DNA of 64,000 nt from Thermomicrobiales bacterium (GTDB lineage Bacteria; Chloroflexota; Chloroflexia; Thermomicrobiales; UBA6265), in NCBI GenBank assembly GCA_045804965.1, contig JBJMMD010000010.1, positions 46,378 through 110,377 of the forward strand, written 5' to 3'. Each line of letters opens with the position of its first letter. Within the stretch, counting starts at the first letter, position 1. A program made the position numbers and the translations under genes. This document shows positions 57,150 to 64,000 of the stretch, one piece after another. The notes below the pieces were generated by a model. That model made no database searches, was not told where the DNA came from, and worked only from the letters and a program-made list of their open reading frames with translations.

Positions 57150-57911
57150 TTATCGCGCTTGGGAAATCGGTTCAGGTGTGCGAATGGAATGGGGTCGAGC
57201 TTCGCCACCGGGGACGAGCATCCCGCGGTCGCAGAGGTTCAACACCGCTTCGCCCAGTGTGCGCTCATCGAGCGCCATCTGCCATGTCAATTCCGCCAGC
57301 GATTTCGCGCCAGTGCGCAATGCGGATATGACCATCGACTCGGCGGCCGGCAATTGGGCGATCGCGCCCGTCCCCTCGGTGGTGATCGTGAGTGGCGCAC
57401 TTGGACGTGGCAAACGGCTGCGAATGTCCCTCAAATTTTGCGCCCGCTCCGATGCCTTGCGCAAAAGCTCCTCAGGGGTAAGCGGCACCGGCTCGATGTT
57501 GCCCGGTGAAAGTGGTCCGGCATCGAAGACGAACATGCCGGCTTGGTCGCTGATCACCCGCGCCAGCGCTTCGATCGACTGTTCTTCGACACAGCGACTG
57601 AGATCTTCCTCAGTCACCCAGCCTTTGTCGACGAGGATCGCGCCGATCGGACGCATGTTGCCGGCTTCCGCTTGCACGGAAAGGGCTTCGAGCAGATGGT
57701 GACTGCTGAGCGTGCCCTGGCGGATCAGCATGCGTCCGAGTCGGAGCGTAAGATCGGACGATGTCACAAAAACGAGGCGGCCATGGTGGAAGAAGAGCTG
57801 CACCTCATGGTCGCTCATGCGGATGGTGAGGCGTCCGGTATGTTTGCGCCGACTGAATATTTCGATCAAGTCCGGGACTGAGATGTCAGATAACTCACCT
57901 ATCGTGGACAC
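57150..57911 (-). CDS. DUF4388 domain protein
   Basis: GELSDISVPDLIEIFSRRKHTGRLTI...HGRLVF is the DUF4388 N-terminal pattern. GTG start behind AAAGGTGG. Confidence 0.65.
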   Translation of the reverse strand: MSTIGELSDISVPDLIEIFSRRKHTGRLTIRMSDHEVQLFFHHGRLVFVTSSDLTLRLGRMLIRQGTLSSHHLLEALSVQAEAGNMRPIGAILVDKGWVTEEDLSRCVEEQSIEALARVISDQAGMFVFDAGPLSPGNIEPVPLTPEELLRKASERAQNLRDIRSRLPRPSAPLTITTEGTGAIAQLPAAESMVISALRTGAKSLAELTWQMALDERTLGEAVLNLCDRGMLVPGGEARPHSIRTPEPISQAR

Positions 57912-58058
57912 CGTACCACCTTTGTTGCTCGGGCCAAATCAGTGCTTTTGCTTCTGGTTGAGCTGCCGTCTGCGTGACACGACTGAAACTATCACTCGTG
58001 CGCAGCGCCCGCGACATTTCCACACTGCCGGTTAGTCCTGATTTGACGGAAGCAAACA

Positions 58059-58096
58059 AGAACAAACCGTACGGGAGGTCCCGTACGGTTTGTTCT
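58059..58096 (-). terminator. strong hairpin terminator candidate (18-bp perfect stem, 2-nt loop)
   Basis: AGAACAAACCGTACGGGA-GG-TCCCGTACGGTTTGTTCT, verified. It lies 17 nt downstream of the LLM gene stop (58113). On the minus-strand RNA it is followed by a T-rich stretch TTGTTTGCTT. Confidence 0.6.
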
Positions 58097-58112
58097 GGCC
58101 GGCGAAAGCGAC

Positions 58113-59012
58113 TTACCGACCGGCGACCGTGATCCCCGAGGCATCCGGCACAAGTCGCTCACCGAAGAGGTCAAAGGCGTGCGGATCGCTGACAGTCGGG
58201 AGCGCGAGCATAACCTGATCGATGCCGAGATTCGCGTACTCGCCGAGCTGGTCGATCGCCCGTTTCACCACGTCTCCGCCGTCCTTTGCCGGCTGGTTCA
58301 CGTTGAGATTCAAGAGCACCGTCTTCTCAATCTCCTCATACGGCCGACCTTCGGCGGCGCAATGTTCTTTTAATACGTCGAGTTTGCGCGGCAGCTCGGG
58401 TGTGGGGAAGAGATTGCATGCGTCACCGTACTTGGCGACGAGCCGTAGCGTTTTCTTCTCTCCGCCCCCCCCAATCAGAATCGTCGGGTGGGGCTTCGAG
58501 AGTGGCAGCGGCCGGCAGATCGGCTCAGGAAGCTGGTAGTGCTTGCCGGCAAATGGCTTGGCCTCGCCGGACCACATCTGATGCGCGATTTGCAGCGTTT
58601 CTTCGAGCCGCTCGAATCGTTCCCTGATCGCTGGAAATGGCGCGCCCATGTCGTGATGTTCCTGTTCGTTCCACGCGGCGCCGATGCCGAGATAGGCTCG
58701 TCCCCTGGATAGCACGTCGAGCGTCGTCACCTGTTTGACAAGGATGCCCGGATAGCGATAGGTGACGCCGGTCACCATCGCCCCGAGTTTGACGCGAGAG
58801 GTAACGCCCGCGGCGAATGAGAGCGCGGAATATGCTTCTAGCATCGGATCGTGCGCAGGACCGATGAATCCAATCTGGTAGAAGTGATCCATCACCCACA
58901 CAGAGTAGAAACCGGCGTCCTCGGCCCGCCGCGCGATATCGGCAAAGGTTGGACCAATCGCGGCATCGCCGCCCGGCCACTTGAAATCGTTGACTTGCAA
59001 CCCGATCCGCAT
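58113..59012 (-). CDS. LLM-class F420-dependent oxidoreductase (luciferase-like monooxygenase family)
   Basis: MRIGLQV...GFYSVWVMDHF...LGIGAAWNEQEH. ATG 59012 has GAGGAGG 7 nt upstream. Confidence 0.85.
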   Translation of the reverse strand: MRIGLQVNDFKWPGGDAAIGPTFADIARRAEDAGFYSVWVMDHFYQIGFIGPAHDPMLEAYSALSFAAGVTSRVKLGAMVTGVTYRYPGILVKQVTTLDVLSRGRAYLGIGAAWNEQEHHDMGAPFPAIRERFERLEETLQIAHQMWSGEAKPFAGKHYQLPEPICRPLPLSKPHPTILIGGGGEKKTLRLVAKYGDACNLFPTPELPRKLDVLKEHCAAEGRPYEEIEKTVLLNLNVNQPAKDGGDVVKRAIDQLGEYANLGIDQVMLALPTVSDPHAFDLFGERLVPDASGITVAGR

Positions 59013-59167
59013 ATGCACGCCTCCTCGGTTGACGGTTGAATGAACCACCATCCCTTAGCATCGCCTGACTTGGAAATTCCCGCACGAGCGATATGCCGAG
59101 AAAACTGCCCAGATATCTGAGCAGGAAGTTGCAAACACGCGGGCCTTCGAATCCGGGTGGAGTTGCT

Positions 59168-60175
59168 CTAGTACGCTGGCACGTAGTCCGGATCGACCGG
59201 GCGGATACCGCCTTCGGGCGGAGCGTAGCCATGGGCCACGAGGACATCGACGACTTCCTGGATGACGTCGTCAGGGGTTGATGCGCCGGCGGTAACGCCG
59301 ACGACATTCGCCCCCTCAAGCCAGCCGTCTTCGATCTCGTCTGGACGCTCGATGTGATAGGACGAAACGCCCATTAATTGCCCAACCTCGGCCAGACGGG
59401 CAGTGTTGCTGCTCTTGCGGCCGCCGATGGCGAGGATGAGATCGACGCGATCGTGCTCGACGAGACGCTTGAGTGCGTTCTGGCGTTCGCTCGTGGGTTC
59501 GCAGATCGTATTGCAGAGGCGGAACTCTCCGCCTTCGGGAACAACCATTTCCTGCAGCTGGCGAGCGAATTTCATCAGTTCGTCGACGTTCTTCGTTGTC
59601 TGGCTGACGAGCGCGACTTTTCGCGGTGGCGAACTCTTGCCTTCGCCTAGCTCGCCGCGCTTGGCGTTCCAAGGCAAATCCTCGATGTGCTTCGCCGCGA
59701 CGGCCTTGCTGGTCGCTGCCCAACCAAGTACGCCTTTGACCTCTGGATGGTATGAATCGCCGTACACCACCAGGTAGTAGCCCTGGCGGACGAGCTTCTG
59801 GGCAAGCCGCTGAACCTTGGTCACGAGCGGGCAAGTGGTATCAATCAGTTCGACCTGCGCTTCGGACGCCTGCTTTGCGAGGTGCGGGCCCATGCCGTGC
59901 GCGGTGATCGCGACTCGCCGGAAACCATGATCGACGGCCTCTTGCACCGATCCCGCGCCTTCGACGCCGACCACGCGGAGCCGTTCGACTACCTGTGGGT
60001 TATGGATGATGTCGCCAACCGGCGCAACCGGTCCGGTCTTTTCCGCGGCGTCTTGAATGATGTCAAGTGCTCGGCGGACGCCCCAGCAGTAGCCGAGTTC
60101 CTCCGCGACGACGATGCGTTTCTGGGTGGCGGACGCATGTGCATTCGACTGCGCATCCGCGGTGACGGTGATCAT
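59168..60175 (-). CDS. ispH: 4-hydroxy-3-methylbut-2-enyl diphosphate reductase
   Basis: The three cluster Cys contexts are GYCWGV, TTCPLVTKV and NTICEPT, plus IIHNPQV. Confidence 0.9.
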   Translation of the reverse strand: MITVTADAQSNAHASATQKRIVVAEELGYCWGVRRALDIIQDAAEKTGPVAPVGDIIHNPQVVERLRVVGVEGAGSVQEAVDHGFRRVAITAHGMGPHLAKQASEAQVELIDTTCPLVTKVQRLAQKLVRQGYYLVVYGDSYHPEVKGVLGWAATSKAVAAKHIEDLPWNAKRGELGEGKSSPPRKVALVSQTTKNVDELMKFARQLQEMVVPEGGEFRLCNTICEPTSERQNALKRLVEHDRVDLILAIGGRKSSNTARLAEVGQLMGVSSYHIERPDEIEDGWLEGANVVGVTAGASTPDDVIQEVVDVLVAHGYAPPEGGIRPVDPDYVPAY

Positions 60176-60318
60176 ATCGGCCTCTCAGCGTGCCTGCAGA
60201 CGATTGCTGCGCAATCGTCTGCGTTTCTCTATGCGCAATGACGAGCGCGGCGGACGCGGCGCCTCCGCTGCACGCGCCAAGTATAGTCTGAGGAGTTCCG
60301 TTCTTTCCGGTCGGGCGC

Positions 60319-61590
60319 CTAGTAGCGGATGACCTCTTTGTCGGCTGCCTTCGCCTCGTCGAAGGTGCCCTGGAGATCGGGCGGAAGCTGCGCCGGGAGC
60401 GTGACGGTGTTGGGATTGCCGTCGCTTGTGTAGAGGTTCGCGGGTTGGGCCTCGAACCTGGCGAACCAATCCGACAGCGCCCAGTCTCCATCGAACGCCT
60501 GAATTCGGTAGATGTACACCGGATCCCACGAGGAGCTGACCGGCGAATACGATGGCTGCGCGCCGACCATCAACGAACCGATGAGTTTGATCTGCTTCCC
60601 GTTGTAGTCGAACCCGTTGGCGAGCCAGTCCCGCTGCTGCGGGTGTTTATCTTTGTCCGGGTAATTTCCCTTCGGCATGGCGAGAATGTTCGCTTCGACC
60701 CGGGGGTCGAGCGCTTGCAACGTCAAAATCGCCTGGCCAATCTCCTTCTTGAAGGCGTCATCATCGACATCGGCGAGATCTTGATGGTCTTGCGTATGGT
60801 TGCCAATTTCATAACCGTGATCGAGCAGCCATGTGATCTTCTCTTGGCAGAATGGTGTCTGGTCGTCGAAGACCTCGCCGCTCTTCCAATTGAAACAGTA
60901 GTACGGCAGCACGGAGAACAGACCGCCCCGCCCGAAGTCGGGGTGCTGGCCGTAAAACGCTTCCAGAATCCCGACCACGGAGTCGGGATCGATCGACTTC
61001 GTGCCATCGTCATTGATAATGTAGCGGAATTGGCTGCCCATCGAATCGTCAAACGTCAGGACGGCCGGGTGCTTGCCGGCGGGGGCGCTGATGTTGTCGG
61101 TGATCAAATCCTTCATCGGGATGACGAAGAAGTTGTGGTCGTACAACCACTGCAGATCGGCCTTGAATTTTTTCACGGGACGGGTGAACTGGTCTTCCTT
61201 GGCGTCGTTCGTCGTGATGTCGTGATATTCGAGCACTGGGATGACCCCGACCTCGTCCGGTTTGAACTGCTCGAGCTGGGCCTGGGTGAGACGGGCAGTA
61301 GAACCATTCGTGTCGGCGACCGCGGCCGTTGGTGACGTCGCGGACTCGGCTGGATTCGTTGCCGCTCCGTCCGCGGGTGGTTGTGTCGCCTCGGAGGTCG
61401 CCTGCCGCTCGCTCGCGCCATCGTCTGCGGGAGCCTGGGCGGGGCCCGGTGGCGTGCCAGGTTTCCAATTAATCGGCTCACCGCTTTGTTGGTTGGCGCC
61501 GCCACCGCCACATGCGGCGAGGGTGAGTGAGAGCAGCGCGACGGCGAGAAATCCGGAGAAATGTCCCCAGTGGCGATTTATTCTCTGCAC
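60319..61590 (-). CDS. polysaccharide deacetylase (NodB-homology) lipoprotein
   Basis: Lipobox LTLAACGGG. VLTFDDS and GNHTQDH motifs. Start set to GTG 61590 (GGAGG 10 nt upstream). Confidence 0.8.
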   Translation of the reverse strand: MQRINRHWGHFSGFLAVALLSLTLAACGGGGANQQSGEPINWKPGTPPGPAQAPADDGASERQATSEATQPPADGAATNPAESATSPTAAVADTNGSTARLTQAQLEQFKPDEVGVIPVLEYHDITTNDAKEDQFTRPVKKFKADLQWLYDHNFFVIPMKDLITDNISAPAGKHPAVLTFDDSMGSQFRYIINDDGTKSIDPDSVVGILEAFYGQHPDFGRGGLFSVLPYYCFNWKSGEVFDDQTPFCQEKITWLLDHGYEIGNHTQDHQDLADVDDDAFKKEIGQAILTLQALDPRVEANILAMPKGNYPDKDKHPQQRDWLANGFDYNGKQIKLIGSLMVGAQPSYSPVSSSWDPVYIYRIQAFDGDWALSDWFARFEAQPANLYTSDGNPNTVTLPAQLPPDLQGTFDEAKAADKEVIRY

Positions 61591-61944
61591 GAAAACGAAA
61601 CCTCCGCTGGCAAAGCAACTGTCGTTGCCTCGGACCGGAGCAGCTCTCAAGAAGCATTGAGCGGGTATGCGGGTGGACACGCCGCATCGGCGTGATGAGT
61701 ATGGCCTTCTGAGCCGGTCCGCGCGAGTATAGGAGGCCTCAACCACGCCTGTCGAGCGATCCTCAGCCTTCACTCAGCGAAGCTGTCCATTCCCAGGCGG
61801 GCCCCAGCCCGACCCTAAAGGGCTCTCCTCTCCCTGATCCTCGGGGTGAGGATACGGATCGAGGCAACTTGCGCTAACCGGCTCGGCCCTTCTCCCTTTC
61901 CAATAGGGAGTGAAACTGGTAGTGAGGGTTGTTTCGGGCCGGCG

Positions 61945-62673
61945 TCATGGCCGTGTATCCCCAGCCCCAAGTAATGCCCTGACCTCTTCCAAGTCACGCG
62001 CCTCGTAATCGGGCGGAGGGAGCTCGACCGCCCATGGCTTGCCGGTGCGATTGACCCAAATCGACCTGATCCCTGTCGCCTTGGCGCCCGCGATGTCATA
62101 TTCCGGCGAATCGCCAATGAAGATCGACTCGTGCTGAAGGGCGCCGCCAAGGCGCAACGCTTCCACGAAAATCGCTGGATCGGGTTTGCCAGCGCCAAAC
62201 TCTTCGGAGATCAGGATGAAATCGACCATGGCCATGAGATCAAACATCTCGATTTTGGCCCGCTGCACCTCGGTCGGCCCGTTTGTGATCATCCCAATCG
62301 CCTTGGTTGTTGGTAAACGGCGAACGGCAGCGAGTGTTTCCACGGCGTCAGCGAAAAGTGCCAGACTGTGGAACCGATGTTCGCGATACCATGTGCTCGC
62401 TGTTTCCGCCACGCTTGGATCTTTGATCCCGTAGCGCAGCAGAAGCTCCACAAAATGGTCCGTGACATGCGGGTGAATCGCCAGCGATTGCGCGATGAGG
62501 TCCTCAAGATCGATTGTCGGGGGCGGGTTTACGGATTGAAACGCAACTGAAAACGCTTTGCGCAAGCGGACGAGGCGGGCGCTGGCGTAGTCGCACAGCG
62601 TATCGTCAAGGTCAAATAAGATAAGCCTGGGCGCAGGGACAATCGGTCGCACGGTTGCCCATTGGTGCTGCAT
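61945..62673 (-). CDS. HAD-superfamily hydrolase
   Basis: Motif I LILFDLDDTL. Motifs ITNG and GDSPEYDI. Confidence 0.8.
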   Translation of the reverse strand: MQHQWATVRPIVPAPRLILFDLDDTLCDYASARLVRLRKAFSVAFQSVNPPPTIDLEDLIAQSLAIHPHVTDHFVELLLRYGIKDPSVAETASTWYREHRFHSLALFADAVETLAAVRRLPTTKAIGMITNGPTEVQRAKIEMFDLMAMVDFILISEEFGAGKPDPAIFVEALRLGGALQHESIFIGDSPEYDIAGAKATGIRSIWVNRTGKPWAVELPPPDYEARDLEEVRALLGAGDTRP

Positions 62674-62787
62674 GGCAGCAGACTAGAGACGAACGGATGC
62701 AGCGTCAAGCTGCTTATTGTGTGTTAACGTGTCGGCACTTCGCTTTCCTTCCGGTCACGCCGGCTCTCATCCGCGCGAGGAACAACG

Positions 62788-63345
62788 ATGATCGATGCCC
62801 GGGATGACCAGGATCACGCATACGAGGACGAGGAATCGCCACTTTCAGAGGAAGAACTCATCGCCGCCACCCCGCAGCCCTCGGCACGGGTGTCACAGGG
62901 AATGCGGGATCAATCCGGCCGGATTCTGGCGAACTGGTCCATGCGGGTGACGACTATTCCTGAGTTCCGGGCGACGCCGGACATCAATCTCGCTCAGTTA
63001 CAGGAAGGGATGCCGGAGCTGCTCGAAGCGGCGCTGGCGGCGATCGCCGCGTCTGACCCCGCCATCGATTCTGCCGTTCAGACCCGCGCCGACGAGCTGG
63101 CGACTGCCCACGGACGGCGACGAGCGAGCGAAGGTTTTTCAATCGGTGTGCTCATCGCCGAGCTCCAGGAGTTGCGGGCAGAACTCTGGGCAGCGATTTT
63201 GCGAATTGTCGAGATCGATCCAGCGTTGTCTGACGTTCTGATCACCATCCAGGAGCGACTCGGCCGCACATTTGACCCCTTGATTGTGGAAGCCGCAGAA
63301 GCTTGGGTTGCAGCGCAGGCAGGCGGAGAGACCGCTAACCCGTAG
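62788..63345 (+). CDS. hypothetical helical protein (possibly an RsbRD-N-like sensor module)
   Basis: Acidic N-terminus, then helical segments with the RILANWSMRV...FSIGVLIAELQELRAELW pattern. The family assignment is weak. Confidence 0.4.
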   Translation: MIDARDDQDHAYEDEESPLSEEELIAATPQPSARVSQGMRDQSGRILANWSMRVTTIPEFRATPDINLAQLQEGMPELLEAALAAIAASDPAIDSAVQTRADELATAHGRRRASEGFSIGVLIAELQELRAELWAAILRIVEIDPALSDVLITIQERLGRTFDPLIVEAAEAWVAAQAGGETANP

Positions 63346-63375
63346 GGGCAGTTCCTTGGGGGACGGGAAACTGTT

Positions 63376-63780
63376 ATGGCCGGGTCAGCGCCGGAGGATG
63401 AAGCAATCATGGCCACGCCGGCGACTGTTGTTATCGTCGAAGATCAGCAAGCGATCGCCGAGCTGCTCTGCGAGGTCCTTGTTGATGCCGGCTACGTGTC
63501 GCACTGCGCGCCGACCGCGATCGGCGCCGCTGAATTCATTCGCGAAGTCGGCGCCGACCTCGTGCTGCTCGACGTGATGATGCCTGATATCAGTGGTTGG
63601 GCAGTGCTCGACGAGCTCCGCGCCAATCCGCTGACGCGCGAAACTCCGGTCGTGATTACCTCCGCGGTTTACGATCGCCCAGGTCTCCATTCGCTCCCAC
63701 CCGGCGGTCCGATTCGCTTCGCCGCCAAACCGTTCGACATCGTCACGCTCGTCGAGACTGTAAACGAGCTCATCGCCTAA
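63376..63780 (+). CDS. single-domain response regulator (CheY-like receiver)
   Basis: VVIVEDQ, phospho-acceptor context DLVLLDVMMPDISGW, then VVITSA and KPF. Confidence 0.85.
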   Translation: MAGSAPEDEAIMATPATVVIVEDQQAIAELLCEVLVDAGYVSHCAPTAIGAAEFIREVGADLVLLDVMMPDISGWAVLDELRANPLTRETPVVITSAVYDRPGLHSLPPGGPIRFAAKPFDIVTLVETVNELIA

Positions 63781-63786
63781 ACGGAA

Positions 63787-64000
63787 CTACGGCGCTCCGA
63801 ACGGGCACCCTTCCACGCTGCTGACAAAAAAGCTCGAAATCGCGCTCCCGGATCGCGGACTGAAACGCGCGATCAACGAGGTCGTGCCGTCCGCCAACTG
63901 TCCTTGCTGAATTCCTTGATAGCCGAACGCGTCCGCCAGAGCACCCTGCTCAGCCCGGATCTGCTGGTCGAATGCCGATTGTTGGTCTGCAAGCGCCCGC
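63787..64000 (-). CDS. hypothetical protein, C-terminal fragment (gene continues beyond window end)
   Basis: My own minus-strand translation, in frame from 63999, reads RALADQQSAFDQQIRAEQGALADAFGYQGIQQGQLADGTTSLIARF...CPFGAP and stops at TAG 63789-63787. No start is visible in the window. Confidence 0.3.
   Translation of the reverse strand, partial: RALADQQSAFDQQIRAEQGALADAFGYQGIQQGQLADGTTSLIARFSPRSGSAISSFFVSSVEGCPFGAP

Overview
High-GC bacterial chromosomal window. My spot counts of 60-nt lines give about 65-73% G+C in housekeeping stretches. It is densely coding, with about 60 CDS, mostly on the minus strand. GGAGG-type ribosome binding sites are strong and ATGA-type start/stop overlaps are frequent. 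F420/PPOX/LLM enzymes and a split lipoate ligase hint at an actinobacterial or Chloroflexota-like host, but the taxon cannot be determined from this sequence alone.

Gene content, left to right:
- DoxX fragment, STAND/LuxR regulator, orphan radical-SAM/SPASM enzyme.
- A LacI-controlled sugar ABC-transporter/isomerase/dehydrogenase operon.
- A lower-GC island (about 11.8-16.7 kb), described below.
- SRAP peptidase with an SOS-box-like site, FAD oxidase, and a p52/Tfb2-like helicase-associated protein.
- MarR, two secreted beta-propeller proteins, proline iminopeptidase, EamA, TlpA, ilvE, PIG-L deacetylase, DtxR/MntR.
- A dynamin-like GTPase, PFK, CBS protein, and PadR plus a PLP decarboxylase.
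- A DUF4395-thioredoxin-OsmC-MetY-CoA-binding cluster, a Na+/H+ antiporter, NlpC/P60, and split LplB/LplA.
- A zinc-ribbon/GAF/PAS histidine kinase, FIST and DUF4388 proteins, an LLM oxidoreductase, ispH, a polysaccharide deacetylase, HAD, and a response regulator.

Main finding: the island carries a translationally coupled four-gene ubiquitin-like conjugation operon, Ubl(GG-A)-E2-JAB-E1, of the Bil type. It faces a divergent XRE-HTH plus ImmA/IrrE-type HExxH metallopeptidase pair (CapH/CapP-like). The 157-bp gap between them holds back-to-back promoters and a perfect palindromic operator candidate.

I recognised no rRNA, tRNA, CRISPR array or transposase. All functional calls rest on motif recognition in the supplied translations and my own reading of the DNA. 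No database or structure search was possible.
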